36,655 bases of DNA from a virus (IMGVR_UViG_3300030376_004478:1-36655), one strand, 5' to 3'. Numbered from the stretch's first letter, positions 24,942 to 35,302 are shown. Made by a program: numbers and translations. The notes: a model not told the origin generated them from the letters alone.

Positions 24942-25162
24942 GAGAAAAAACTTCTGATGGACTAGAAATAGTTGGTCGTATTGTAAGAAATACAGACCAA
25001 GAATTGATTGTCCGTGAAGGAGTGTATAAAGGCATACCAATTGTTGACTTGAGATGGTATGTTAATGATAAGCCCAGTATTAAGGGCGTTAGAGTCAACA
25101 AAGAAGAAATGAAAGTATTAGTAGGAATTTTGATGAAGGTGGAGAATGATGAATCTGAATAA
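24929..25162 (+). CDS. PC4/YdbC-like ssDNA-binding protein
   Basis: YKGIPIVDLRWY...KPSIKGV motif. Confidence 0.75.
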   Translation: MDKLREKTSDGLEIVGRIVRNTDQELIVREGVYKGIPIVDLRWYVNDKPSIKGVRVNKEEMKVLVGILMKVENDESE

Positions 25163-25511
25163 AATGTATTTAGTAGCGATAGACAATAAGAAATTATTGA
25201 GTTGGAAAAATGAAATGTGTAAAAAATTAAAAAGGAAATCTAAAGTTATGCTTAACGATTTCGAAAATACATTTCCTGAAATGTTTGATAATGGAAATCA
25301 TTATTCAAAAACATCTTTTGTAGCATTTTGGGAAATGCAAACAGATGATTCACTGGCTAGGATGGCTACTGCTATTACTCAAGCAACTTTTGTAACGATG
25401 CTACAAAGATTGTTTGAGTTGAATAAACTAGAAGAAATCGCAATATTAAATTCAATGCAAATTAATTTTATGCGAATTTTAGCAGGGATGGGAATAAATG
25501 AAGAAGAATGA
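25146..25511 (+). CDS. Hypothetical protein
   Basis: ORF in operon. Confidence 0.65.
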   Translation: MMNLNKMYLVAIDNKKLLSWKNEMCKKLKRKSKVMLNDFENTFPEMFDNGNHYSKTSFVAFWEMQTDDSLARMATAITQATFVTMLQRLFELNKLEEIAILNSMQINFMRILAGMGINEEE

Positions 25512-25725
25512 GTGGATATACTTAGCAAGTGCAATGTGGAAATATTCAGAAAAGAATGAAGGTAAAATAAGCCACCTTCTAAAAGAACTGGTTTGTAAAT
25601 GTAATAATAATTTAGAGGTGATAGTAGATGACGATGATAAGATTTTCAAGACTAATGGAAATGATAGAGAGAGAAAAACCAAATACGCAACTGAGGATTC
25701 TCAACAGAGAATTATCTTCTTTTGA
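25498..25725 (+). CDS. Hypothetical protein (3' end overlaps ligase)
   Basis: ORF in operon. Confidence 0.5.
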   Translation: MKKNEWIYLASAMWKYSEKNEGKISHLLKELVCKCNNNLEVIVDDDDKIFKTNGNDRERKTKYATEDSQQRIIFF

Positions 25726-27160
25726 AGAGAAGGATGTTTATACTATATTGGAAATACTTTCTCTTGATTTGAAAAGTAATAATGTAGGTTTAGCAAGAGC
25801 AAAGAAATGGTTAGCGAATATATTTAGTGTATTTGAAGATGAAATACATGCTTTTTATGTAGCCCATGAAGATTTAGGAGAGGCTATTTATTACTTAGAC
25901 CCAAGTGCTGAAACTCAACAACAACTGCCAATAACACAGGCCAAAGGTCTTTTGAATATGGATTGTAGTAAATTAGACTCTAATTCATATAGCCTTATGG
26001 AATATGCTATAACTAATATGTCCTCACTTGAAAGAAAGTGGTTTCTTAGATATTGGATAAGATTACCAAGAATCGGAATCAATGAAGGATTAATTGCTAA
26101 GTTGTTAGCCAAATATTTTAACAAACAATTATCTGTAACTAAGAAGCATTTGAATTATAATCCAATATCAGTAGTATTTTCATATTACTCTATGAATGAA
26201 GAACCACCTACAAAATTAACACATGGTAAATTTATCAAACCGATGTTGGCTAAAGAAGTGTCTATGCGTAAATGGCCCAAGAATAGAATTGTAGATTACA
26301 AGTATGATGGTAATCGTTATCAGATTCATAAAGAAAATGATAATGTAATTATCTTTAATCGTAAAGGCAACATAGTTACTCCACAGTTTCAAGATGTAGT
26401 TGAAGCAGTTAAGGAATACGAAGTGGATTGTATTCTTGATGGTGAGATATATCCAATAAAGGATGATGGTTCTCCTGCTGAACACAAACTGATGGGGACT
26501 AGAGTTCATTCTAAGAACCATGAAGAAGCAAGAGAAAAGGTAAAAGTCAAGTGGGTTATATTTGATTGTCTTAAGATTGGTAATGAAACCATTATGGATT
26601 TACCATACTCAACGAGAATGGTTAGAATGTCTAAATTACCTGACCAAGCACATAGAATGGAAGAAGGTGGTGATGTTCTAGCATTCTATAATAGAGCCAT
26701 TAACGACGGTTTTGAAGGCATTATTGTCAAGGATGCTACCTTACCCTATGAAGCAGGTAAAAGAAGCGCAGGATGGGCTAAATACAAGCCTCCTCGCATT
26801 GAATTAGATGTAGTTATTTTATCTGCTCAATATGGTGATGGAGCAAGAAGTAATGTATTTGGGACATTTGAAATAGGAGTCAAGTCTGATAAAGGATATA
26901 TCAGTGTAGGTAATATTGGAACAGGATTTACAGAAACACAGTTAATCAGATTAACAAGTGAACTAAGAAAGAATGTAGAATCATATTCTAATAATAGATA
27001 TTATTTTCTTCCTAGAACAGTTTTAGAAGTTAATGCTGATATTGTTACTAATGATGCTAAAGGAAACATAGGACTTAGATTTCCTAGAGTTTCGAGAATA
27101 AGAGATGATAAATTTGTATCTGATATAAATACAATAGAAGATGTAAGGAGTTTGATGTAA
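25628..27160 (+). CDS. lig: ATP-dependent DNA ligase
   Basis: KPMLA, KYDGNR, ILDGEI, IFDCL, EGIIVK, WAKYK, LRFPR. Confidence 0.95.
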   Translation: MTMIRFSRLMEMIEREKPNTQLRILNRELSSFEEKDVYTILEILSLDLKSNNVGLARAKKWLANIFSVFEDEIHAFYVAHEDLGEAIYYLDPSAETQQQLPITQAKGLLNMDCSKLDSNSYSLMEYAITNMSSLERKWFLRYWIRLPRIGINEGLIAKLLAKYFNKQLSVTKKHLNYNPISVVFSYYSMNEEPPTKLTHGKFIKPMLAKEVSMRKWPKNRIVDYKYDGNRYQIHKENDNVIIFNRKGNIVTPQFQDVVEAVKEYEVDCILDGEIYPIKDDGSPAEHKLMGTRVHSKNHEEAREKVKVKWVIFDCLKIGNETIMDLPYSTRMVRMSKLPDQAHRMEEGGDVLAFYNRAINDGFEGIIVKDATLPYEAGKRSAGWAKYKPPRIELDVVILSAQYGDGARSNVFGTFEIGVKSDKGYISVGNIGTGFTETQLIRLTSELRKNVESYSNNRYYFLPRTVLEVNADIVTNDAKGNIGLRFPRVSRIRDDKFVSDINTIEDVRSLM

Positions 27161-27603
27161 TGATAGAAAAAGACGCTTTTACTATTATCAATAATAAAAC
27201 ATATCAATGCATAAAGATAGAAAATGGATTTGCATATCTTAGAAACATACTATCAGATAGAGGTAAGTTTCTAAAGATGAGAGTAGAACAAGTCCCATAT
27301 CTTGATGAAAATAATAAACTAATCAAACCACCAAAACAAAAGATAAACAGATTCAGAAGCACTCTTAATTTTAAGAAATTATTATGTCAAGAATCTGAAT
27401 TAAAGATAAGTAGAGATGCATTAGTTCTCATGAAAGAATGGCTAGAAACTTCACTAGCAGATATGGTAGCCTATGCAGAAGAAAATGCTTTAAGCAGGGG
27501 AGACAACACAATAACGGCAGCACACGTTTATTGGTGGGAATTATCTGAAAATCAAGACACTACTGGCTATTGGCCTGAACAGATAGATTATGTAAGGCGA
27601 TAA
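27160..27603 (+). CDS. Protein with C-terminal histone-fold-like domain and N-terminal beta domain
   Basis: KISRDALVLMKEWLE...AYAEENALSRGDNTITAAHV resembles histone helix2-L2-helix3. Confidence 0.65.
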   Translation: MIEKDAFTIINNKTYQCIKIENGFAYLRNILSDRGKFLKMRVEQVPYLDENNKLIKPPKQKINRFRSTLNFKKLLCQESELKISRDALVLMKEWLETSLADMVAYAEENALSRGDNTITAAHVYWWELSENQDTTGYWPEQIDYVRR

Positions 27604-27604
27604 C

Positions 27605-27961
27605 ATGATTGGCGATGAAGTGTTAGATATATGGTGGGAAGATTATGATGAAGCAACAGTATATTCTTTTGCTATCTATGGGCCTTTAACTGATGACGAT
27701 TGTAACATAGTAGCCACTGGCTTGAAAGTAAGGTTAGGATTTGCTGGAGAAGATAATAACTTCTTGATTGTTCAAGAAACAGTAGATGAAGATATTGCTA
27801 AAGCCTTGAGAATAAAAAGAGGTTTTATCCTTAATGTTATAGCCCCTAAACAAAAGAAGAGTGTTGAGAAAATGGTAATCGAAACAGTTACCGAGGGCTT
27901 AAATTATCTGAGGCTTGAGAACAAATTCATTTCTAAGAATGGAGTGGCTAGGCTTGTATAG
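27605..27961 (+). CDS. Hypothetical protein
   Basis: ORF in operon. Confidence 0.65.
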   Translation: MIGDEVLDIWWEDYDEATVYSFAIYGPLTDDDCNIVATGLKVRLGFAGEDNNFLIVQETVDEDIAKALRIKRGFILNVIAPKQKKSVEKMVIETVTEGLNYLRLENKFISKNGVARLV

Positions 27962-28373
27962 CAAAGACATGCTGATAGGTATATTACTAAGTTCAGCAAA
28001 TCCAAAAACTACAATTATGTTTAACGACAATGCTCGTATAGGATATAGTGTAAGATTAGAAATAGAAATAAGAGGAAACTCAGAATACTTATCTGCTATA
28101 AGCAGAACATTATCACAACATATGATAGAATGCTATGTTGTAGAAAGAGAGTCTAATACTAGACCGAAACCTATTTTAAAAATAACAAAGGTCAAGAGTA
28201 TTAGTATTCTATGTGAAAAGGTACTACCTAATCACCTACCATCTAAAACAGATTGGAAAACATTTAGGTCAATCTTAGAGATTGTTAAAAATAAAAAACA
28301 TCATACCTTACAAGGTATAGAAGAAATATTCAAATTGAAAGGGATTACTTATGGGATTAACGAATGTGAATAG
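27954..28373 (+). CDS. LAGLIDADG-fold protein, apparently lacking the catalytic acidic residue
   Basis: LIGILLSSA helix, GYSVRLEIEI, KKHHTLQGIEEI..LK tail. Confidence 0.6.
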   Translation: MYSKDMLIGILLSSANPKTTIMFNDNARIGYSVRLEIEIRGNSEYLSAISRTLSQHMIECYVVERESNTRPKPILKITKVKSISILCEKVLPNHLPSKTDWKTFRSILEIVKNKKHHTLQGIEEIFKLKGITYGINECE

Positions 28374-29196
28374 AGACAGACCAATATTAATTACAGGAAA
28401 AACAGGAACAGGAAAAACAACAATGGCAAGAGAGATTTTGCCAGAAGCGAAGATAGTATATGGGAACAGTTGTAATATTAACGACTTGCGTTCTCATTCT
28501 ATTAGACACGGAATTATAATAGAAGATGTTAATTATAAACCTCAAAAAGATAACATATTATACATACTTAGACACTACAAAGGAAAGATAATTCTAACAT
28601 CTTTAAATGAAAAAGATGTTCCGAGAGAAGTTAAGAATATGTGTAAAATTAAAAGAGCAGGTTCTAATCAATATCTTAGAGAAACAATTAAACAATTGGC
28701 TCCCCATAGTGATAGTCCCTTTTCTTATGAAAAAGATACATACTCTTTAGTTAGAGAGTATCTAAAGGAAAGCGATAGGGATTTGATTAAGGATTTGTTA
28801 ATGCATAACAAACCCTCTGATACTCAAATACTATCATGGCTATGCGAAAATATGCATCCCAATAAATTATTATTCATTGATGGTGTAGTAAAAAGAAGAT
28901 GGCCTCAACATTACTTTTATGAGTTATTAGCATACGCTCATTCAGGTAATTCTTTTGGCAGATTGAGTATGCCAAAAAGAAAATCATATTCAAAGAAACC
29001 GTACCTAATTAGAAAGTTAGGAATCAAAAACGGTGAAGAAAGAATCTTTAATCAATTGATGAAAGATAGCGAATTTATAAAGTATGCAAGAGATAAATTA
29101 AACAATACAGATTCAAGGATTTTAGGTTTAGGAGAAAAGCCTAAGAAGAAAGCCAAACCTAAGAAGAAATCCCCCTCTCTTGAGGATTTTATGTGA
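28351..29196 (+). CDS. Degenerate AAA+ protein, likely clamp-loader large subunit
   Basis: GKTGTGKT Walker A, IIIEDV Walker B, RFC-L-like C-terminus; ends SLEDFM. Confidence 0.65.
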   Translation: MGLTNVNRDRPILITGKTGTGKTTMAREILPEAKIVYGNSCNINDLRSHSIRHGIIIEDVNYKPQKDNILYILRHYKGKIILTSLNEKDVPREVKNMCKIKRAGSNQYLRETIKQLAPHSDSPFSYEKDTYSLVREYLKESDRDLIKDLLMHNKPSDTQILSWLCENMHPNKLLFIDGVVKRRWPQHYFYELLAYAHSGNSFGRLSMPKRKSYSKKPYLIRKLGIKNGEERIFNQLMKDSEFIKYARDKLNNTDSRILGLGEKPKKKAKPKKKSPSLEDFM

Positions 29197-29205
29197 GGTA
29201 TAACT

Positions 29206-29502
29206 ATGGCAAGAAATAAATTATTAACTAAAAGAATACAAAAGATTTTGGAAGGAAGAGAACTTAACACAAGGCAGATTAAAAGTCGATTAGATAACTA
29301 TCAATCTGTTAGAGAAGGAGGAGGTAAAACTAAGATTTCCTCAATTACATTCACTATGAATCAAGTAACACAGGTTCTAGCAAGAAAACCTTGTTTTGAA
29401 TATGTAAGAGATGAATATGAAAGTGGATGGCGAAATGAATCGCATAGAGTAAAAGTATGGAGAAATAAAAATGTTATGGACGGAAAAATACAGACCAACT
29501 AA
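29206..29502 (+). CDS. Putative winged-helix DNA-binding protein
   Basis: LNTRQIKSRL...TMNQVTQVL...KVW. Confidence 0.55.
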   Translation: MARNKLLTKRIQKILEGRELNTRQIKSRLDNYQSVREGGGKTKISSITFTMNQVTQVLARKPCFEYVRDEYESGWRNESHRVKVWRNKNVMDGKIQTN

Positions 29503-30385
29503 ATTAAGAGATATAATAGGGCAAGAGCATTTTGTAATGGATGCTGAAACATGGTTAGATGAAGGTGAAATGCCTAATCTACTGTTTTATGGAAATGCAG
29601 GTTTAGGAAAAACAGGTGCAGCAGTAGCACTTTCTAAATCATTTCTAGGAGACAAGTTTTCAGATAACTTCTATGAAGTAAATGCCTCTGATGACAGAAA
29701 GTTAGAAACAGTTAGAACTACAATTAAGCAAATTGCTCAGAGTTCTACAATTGGTGATGTTCCATTTAGAATCTGTTTATTAGATGAAATGGAAGGAATG
29801 ACAACAGATGCCCAAAATGCATTGAAAAGAATAATGGAAAGATATGCTGGTAATATTAGATTTATTATTACCTGTAATGATAGAAATAAAATCATCTTCC
29901 CATTACAGAGCAGATGTGCAAATTATCATTTCAAGCCCCTAAGCAATGAAAACATGATTACAGTTCTGAGAAAAATCTTGGACACTGAGAAAATTGACAA
30001 GTTTTCAGATGATGACTTGGGGCGGTTTATATATGACTTAAACGGTGATATGCGTAGGGCAATAACCGAACTGCAAGCAGCGAAATCATCAGGATTTTCG
30101 CTCAAAAAACAGGTCGAGTCGATGCTGAAAGTGTATAGTAAAAGTTTAGAGTTAATAGTAGAAAAGAAAATGAATGAATGTTTAGAAGGTCTTCATAATT
30201 TAATTTATGAAGGCTATACAGTAAAAGAAATATGTTTAGGATTACATAATGCAATTATAAATTCAGAAGGAATAGAAAGTGCAATGAAATTCAAGATGTT
30301 AAGAGTGATAGGAGAAAGTGAATGGCGGTCAACTACCATGACACCGAAAGTTTTAGTTTCGTGGATGGTAGGACAAATAATATAA
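29471..30385 (+). CDS. rfcS: Replication factor C small subunit
   Basis: WTEKYRP, GNAGLGKT, NASDDR, LDEME, AQNALKR, LQSRC, GDMRRAI. Confidence 0.95.
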   Translation: MLWTEKYRPTKLRDIIGQEHFVMDAETWLDEGEMPNLLFYGNAGLGKTGAAVALSKSFLGDKFSDNFYEVNASDDRKLETVRTTIKQIAQSSTIGDVPFRICLLDEMEGMTTDAQNALKRIMERYAGNIRFIITCNDRNKIIFPLQSRCANYHFKPLSNENMITVLRKILDTEKIDKFSDDDLGRFIYDLNGDMRRAITELQAAKSSGFSLKKQVESMLKVYSKSLELIVEKKMNECLEGLHNLIYEGYTVKEICLGLHNAIINSEGIESAMKFKMLRVIGESEWRSTTMTPKVLVSWMVGQII

Positions 30386-30400
30386 AAGTGGTGAATAAAA

Positions 30401-31615
30401 ATGAAGAAAGAAGTAAAGAAAGAAGTGGAAAATTCAGTTCAATACCTTGAATTGAGTTTAGAAGAAGCGATGGAGAAATTTGAATCCATTTGCGAAGAGA
30501 ACAAAGTGGAAGTAAATGACCCATTGGCAATTGGCCTTTGGAGAAATTACGTTACCCAATCTAGGAGAGCAAATCGCTCATCTAATAGTGGTGGAAGCAA
30601 TTCTCTCGTAAAGAAATGTTTTGGATTCTTTGTTTCTCTTGAACAACCTAGAGACATGATGAGTTGGAATAGAAACAAAGCAAAGGAAGAATATCTTCGT
30701 GATGGAGATGAAGCAATGGAAAAAGGATTCGTTGCTCTTGCTTACAAGAATGGTTCTAAATGGAAAATCAACCGATATTTTGACGGTGAATTCCAAGAAA
30801 GACTTGTTACAAAACTACCTGATGGAGCAGAAGAAATGGATGATGGAAGCATTGTAATTCCATTAGATAACACTCCTGCTTACATGAGTGGTGCTAAAAA
30901 CAAGAACTACGGTAAACCATTACCAAAAGAACTTATGAAGCGAACTGGAATATTTTTCGGTTCCGTCGATGGTCAAGAAAACAAGAAATATATGTTCTCT
31001 TACAAAAACCAAGGCGGAGTAGAATTTACTCCTAACTGCTATGAATGGGTTCACTTTGCCTGTATTCCTAGTGATGACGGCAATTGGATTTATGGAATGA
31101 CCGATGTAACAAAATTAAGTCTTATTAAGAATGATGATTTGAATCCCGATAACTCAGATTATCGAGATATGTCTTCATTTGGTTTTGAAGACTGTTTGAC
31201 AGATAACTTTGATAGTCATCTAGTTCCTCTTGTTGAAATCGATAGAGCGCATATTCAAAGACAAACATTACCTGCAAGTGAGAGATTTATTATCACTGAT
31301 GGAACTGTTTGTAACATGAATATGAATCCAACTAGCAACGGTAATAGAATCATTAACATTACAGATTTAAATGCTGAATTTGATTATGATAATGACTCTA
31401 ATATGACAACTTGTTGGGTTCCAGAATCTTTCGATATTGACTTTGGTATTGGTTCTTCAATTATTATTATTGGAAGAACAAGTCAAAGAACAACAGACGA
31501 AGGGCCGGAACCAGTAACAATCAATGTCTCTGGAATTTATGCAACAGAAAAGCGAGGTGCGCCAGTAGAATCAATCCAACCTCTTGAAGAGGATTTTGAT
31601 TGGTTTGATGTCTGA
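30401..31615 (+). CDS. Putative OB-fold ssDNA-binding (RPA-like) protein
   Basis: Beta-rich C-terminal OB-like pattern, acidic/aromatic tail EEDFDWFDV, replication context. Confidence 0.5.
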   Translation: MKKEVKKEVENSVQYLELSLEEAMEKFESICEENKVEVNDPLAIGLWRNYVTQSRRANRSSNSGGSNSLVKKCFGFFVSLEQPRDMMSWNRNKAKEEYLRDGDEAMEKGFVALAYKNGSKWKINRYFDGEFQERLVTKLPDGAEEMDDGSIVIPLDNTPAYMSGAKNKNYGKPLPKELMKRTGIFFGSVDGQENKKYMFSYKNQGGVEFTPNCYEWVHFACIPSDDGNWIYGMTDVTKLSLIKNDDLNPDNSDYRDMSSFGFEDCLTDNFDSHLVPLVEIDRAHIQRQTLPASERFIITDGTVCNMNMNPTSNGNRIINITDLNAEFDYDNDSNMTTCWVPESFDIDFGIGSSIIIIGRTSQRTTDEGPEPVTINVSGIYATEKRGAPVESIQPLEEDFDWFDV

Positions 31616-31633
31616 TTAGACTCACAGGTTTTC

Positions 31634-31748
31634 TGTGGCGGGTTGACCCAGTAATAGCAATAAAAGCATTCTCATAAGGGTATAGTAGGTTTGAATTAGT
31701 CCCTCAAATGGCTACGTGGTGTTTCCTATGAAGTTGCTCCCCGCTACA
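31634..31748 (+). ncRNA. Long irregular intergenic hairpin
   Basis: Nested arms TGTGGCGGG/CCCGCTACA, AGCAAT/GTTGCT, CATAAGG/CCTATG, TTTGA/TCAAA. Confidence 0.4.
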
Positions 31749-31762
31749 ATTAAGGTGATATA

Positions 31763-32080
31763 ATGGGTATTGTAATATTAGATGATAGATATATTCTACG
31801 TCAAGGAAGTTACGTTGTTGATTTAGCAACAGTAGATTTCTTGACATGGAAAAAAGACGATGATAAAATGAAATGGGCTGAAAGAGATGGTCAATATTTT
31901 GAGAAAAAATCCAAAGGATATTTTTGGGTAAAAATGCATATTGGCACAAAAGAAGCCCGATTCATTTGTAAAGATAAGAATGAATTAATTAGAATAATAA
32001 AACTATGGACAGGAATACATGGTAAAGAAGTAAAAGTAGGAATAAGTGATTTAAATGAGTATAACGAGCAAGAAAGGTAG
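31763..32080 (+). CDS. Hypothetical protein
   Basis: AGGTGA SD. Confidence 0.65.
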   Translation: MGIVILDDRYILRQGSYVVDLATVDFLTWKKDDDKMKWAERDGQYFEKKSKGYFWVKMHIGTKEARFICKDKNELIRIIKLWTGIHGKEVKVGISDLNEYNEQER

Positions 32081-32864
32081 TGCTTCAACAACAAATTTTG
32101 GAGCAAAGCAAGAAGAATTCAATTCCAAATTCAAAAAGATGATGGAAGAGAAAAGAAAGAAACAACAAAGTAGATTAGTTTTAGGAATTTGGGGAGAACC
32201 CAAAACTGGAAAAACAGGCATTGCTTTGGATTTTCCCGATAGAAACATTTGTGTTTTAGATTGGGATAGTGGTGTAGAATCAACATGGATTACATGTCAC
32301 GAAGCAACAGATAGGATTGAAGTGTTCAACCCTATTGAGCAAAACAAAGATAATGCAATTGATATCAATAAGAGTGAGGAAAACTCTCACAACTTTGTAA
32401 GATATGTTAGGTCAAAGATTGATGATGGAGAAAATCCAATCTTTGTGTTTGATGGTGTAGATACATGGTTTGACTCTTGTATTTACAAGGTTAATCCTAA
32501 TCCAACAGTTGTAACCAAAATGATGCCATATCAATATGGCCCTAGAAACAAAACATTCTATCATTTGTTAGAAGCAATTTATCAATTGAAGTGTGATGTT
32601 ATTTACATTACACATGAAACTGAAAAATATGTGGATAACAATCCAGTGGGAATGAAACCTAACTGGAGAGATTGGGGTGGAAAACTAGAACAAGAAATAC
32701 ATTGTTTGAAAAGGAAAGTAAAAGGTGAACTTCATTTTGTAGCAGAACTTGTAGGTTCAAGAACAAATGGAAACCTTGTCGGAACTAATTGGACAATCAG
32801 AGAAGGTAATCCTCCAAACATTGTTTGGAATGGAATACCAGAATTAAAGGAAGGTAAAATATGA
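32055..32864 (+). CDS. RecA-fold ATPase (AAA_24/Sak4-like recombination protein)
   Basis: GEPKTGKT, VLDWDSG, FVFDG, VIYITHE. Confidence 0.7.
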   Translation: MSITSKKGSASTTNFGAKQEEFNSKFKKMMEEKRKKQQSRLVLGIWGEPKTGKTGIALDFPDRNICVLDWDSGVESTWITCHEATDRIEVFNPIEQNKDNAIDINKSEENSHNFVRYVRSKIDDGENPIFVFDGVDTWFDSCIYKVNPNPTVVTKMMPYQYGPRNKTFYHLLEAIYQLKCDVIYITHETEKYVDNNPVGMKPNWRDWGGKLEQEIHCLKRKVKGELHFVAELVGSRTNGNLVGTNWTIREGNPPNIVWNGIPELKEGKI

Positions 32865-33640
32865 AATTTATAGTAGAAGATAGTAAAGATTTTTGTAAAG
32901 CATTAGAAGATATACAAGGAAAAGGAAAATACCTTGGCTTGTCTTCATTAACCAATTCTAAAGTTGGTTCTGAGTTCTTTATGGAACTTAAAGATAACAA
33001 CTTAGAACTATGGAATGGAGACACGACTTTTGCTTTGAATATCTCTTATTCAGTGAATGGTGAAACCGATGGTTCATTTACTGGAGATTCAGATAAGTTG
33101 ATTTCTTACATGAAGAAATTTGAAGGTGAATGCACTATTGAAGTAGGTGACTCACTACAAATTACTTGTGGAAGTAAGAAAGCAACAACACCTTGTTTGG
33201 TGAATCATGCAAATATTAGTGCTATTCAAAGAATTAAAGAAATGACTAGCCATGTTAAATTTGAAGCAATACCCGAAACTCTTTGGAATTTTGCCTCTAA
33301 GAAATTTGAAGGTTGCTTTCAACTACCATCAGAATCTTTTTCTAATTGTATGGGTTTGTGTGAACTTGTTAAAACAGGTGTCTACAAATTGGACTACAAA
33401 GGAAACGATGATGATGGCAAACTAGAACTTAGCAGTAGAGATTCTATTTCTAATTCTTATGTTGAAGAGATGCAACCACTACATAGTTTAGGAGAGCCAG
33501 CAACTCTTGAGTATTCTGGCCCTCTTCACAAGTTTTTCAATAAAACTATTGTTAACTTCTATGTTCGTGATGAGTTTCCCTTGATGTTGGTAGGTCATGA
33601 TAGAAAGTTGATTAAAGCCCCATACACAAGAGGAGAGTAA
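32861..33640 (+). CDS. pcn: DNA polymerase sliding clamp (PCNA-like)
   Basis: 259 aa, two repeated alpha/beta domains, PLML...IKAP ending, lies between RFC and PolB. Confidence 0.7.
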   Translation: MKFIVEDSKDFCKALEDIQGKGKYLGLSSLTNSKVGSEFFMELKDNNLELWNGDTTFALNISYSVNGETDGSFTGDSDKLISYMKKFEGECTIEVGDSLQITCGSKKATTPCLVNHANISAIQRIKEMTSHVKFEAIPETLWNFASKKFEGCFQLPSESFSNCMGLCELVKTGVYKLDYKGNDDDGKLELSSRDSISNSYVEEMQPLHSLGEPATLEYSGPLHKFFNKTIVNFYVRDEFPLMLVGHDRKLIKAPYTRGE

Positions 33641-35302
33641 ATGATAATTAGTAGATGTGCAGATGGAAAGCATATGTTCGTTTCTTGGAGAGAAGGAAAA
33701 GAAAAGATAACTAAAATCATACCATTTGAGCATTACTTCTTCATTAAAGATTCAGCAAAGGAAATAAAATCTTATTCTCCTTCTAGGATGATTGTTAGAG
33801 ATTATCGATATGAAGAAGGAGACTGGCAAGACCTTAATGGCAATAAACTTAAGAAAGTAATTATTGATAAAGCGACAGATATTTATTCTGCTAGGAAGAA
33901 CTTTGCTATAACTTATGAAGCAGATGTTCCGTATCATTTTAGATTTGCAGTAGATGAATTGACTGAAGTTCCAGAATATGAGATGCGTAAATGGTATTGG
34001 GATATGGAATGGCAACAAGGTGGAGAACATCATGATAAGATTACTACTATTGTAACGTATGATAATTACGATGAGAGGTATTATCAATGGGTTTGGTTTC
34101 CAAACGATAAGCCATTGAATACTGTTTTTGATACAGGAGTAAGGTATATTTTTGGTTCTGAAAAAGATATGCTTGAAGACTTTGTGAAAACTATGGTCGA
34201 TAAAGACCCCGATATGTTAATTGCATGGTTTGGTCATTTTGCTGATGTTCCTAAATTAATTAGTAGATGTTGTGCATTAGGAATCAATCCTAATCTTATA
34301 TCTCCTATTGGTAACATTAAGGGTGTTAAACCTACAAAAGATGGCTATGATTATACAATAGGAGATAGAGGATATAGTTCTATTGAACAACCTATTGGTG
34401 GAAGAATAACCTTGAATTTAGATGTAGCATTTGAAAGACAATGGAATGATGCTCAAAAGGGAACATTGCCTTCATTATCTCTTGATTATGTTTCAGAAAT
34501 ACTTCTAGGTGAAAAGAAACTTGTATCTGAAAAGTTTCCAGACCCTAACGAATTCTATCGTAGAGGTTGGTTAGAAGATACTGAAACATACTTAGATTAT
34601 GCTTTGAAAGATGTAGAACTAACGGTTAAGATTGATGAATCTAATTATTGTAGTGAAGCAATATTAGCCCTACAAAAATTATTGATTGCTCCATTCGATG
34701 CTTGTTTTTATGCATCTCATATGGGTTCCATTTATTTCATGAGAAATGCATGGTGGAAAGCCCCTACTGGTGATAAATCATCAGAAAGAAAGGAATACCA
34801 AGGTGCTATGATATATGACCCATTGAGTGAAGATACCAACGGCTTATGGTTGAATGTAGCAGCATTCGACTTTGCTGGACTATATCCTTCAATGATGGTT
34901 GCTAGAAATATATCTTTTGAAACTAAATCAAAAGAACCTACTGAGTTTGCAGTTAATCTGAATGTTCCAAGACATCTTGGTAAAGATACAGGTGAGAAAG
35001 ATATGCGATACTTCAAAACTGATGAATTAGGTCTGTTACCTAAAACAATCTTAGAGTTAAAAGAACTGAGGAATGAATACAAGAGACTTATGAAAGAAGC
35101 AAGAAACAAAGGTCAAGATTCTGAGTATGTTAAGTGGTATAACAATCAAATGGCCGTAAAAAGGCTCTCTGCTTCGATGTATGGCATTCTAGCCTTTCAA
35201 GGGTTTGGATGGTCAGATGTTGAATTAGCAGCCAGTATTACGGCTAGTGCGAGAGAAGCAATCAGATTAGCAGCATTCAAGGCAAAGGAGTTGGAAGTAT
35301 GA
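33641..35302 (+). CDS. polB: Family B DNA polymerase, N-terminal part of a split gene
   Basis: ExoI WDMEW, ExoII WFGHFAD, ExoIII YALKD, motif A DFAGLYPS, motif B K...ASMYG; stops before motif C. Confidence 0.92.
   Translation: MIISRCADGKHMFVSWREGKEKITKIIPFEHYFFIKDSAKEIKSYSPSRMIVRDYRYEEGDWQDLNGNKLKKVIIDKATDIYSARKNFAITYEADVPYHFRFAVDELTEVPEYEMRKWYWDMEWQQGGEHHDKITTIVTYDNYDERYYQWVWFPNDKPLNTVFDTGVRYIFGSEKDMLEDFVKTMVDKDPDMLIAWFGHFADVPKLISRCCALGINPNLISPIGNIKGVKPTKDGYDYTIGDRGYSSIEQPIGGRITLNLDVAFERQWNDAQKGTLPSLSLDYVSEILLGEKKLVSEKFPDPNEFYRRGWLEDTETYLDYALKDVELTVKIDESNYCSEAILALQKLLIAPFDACFYASHMGSIYFMRNAWWKAPTGDKSSERKEYQGAMIYDPLSEDTNGLWLNVAAFDFAGLYPSMMVARNISFETKSKEPTEFAVNLNVPRHLGKDTGEKDMRYFKTDELGLLPKTILELKELRNEYKRLMKEARNKGQDSEYVKWYNNQMAVKRLSASMYGILAFQGFGWSDVELAASITASAREAIRLAAFKAKELEV

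Noticed and set aside
10060-35109. Minus-strand ORFs opposite the plus-strand operons (e.g. 11583..12152, 19269..19586, 33752..34087, 34732..35109)
   Set aside because: They overlap recognisable genes on the other strand and show no motifs.
35250-35302. Split intein at the PolB C-terminus
   Set aside because: No Cys/Ser-initiated intein block A follows motif B; the protein simply ends AKELEV.
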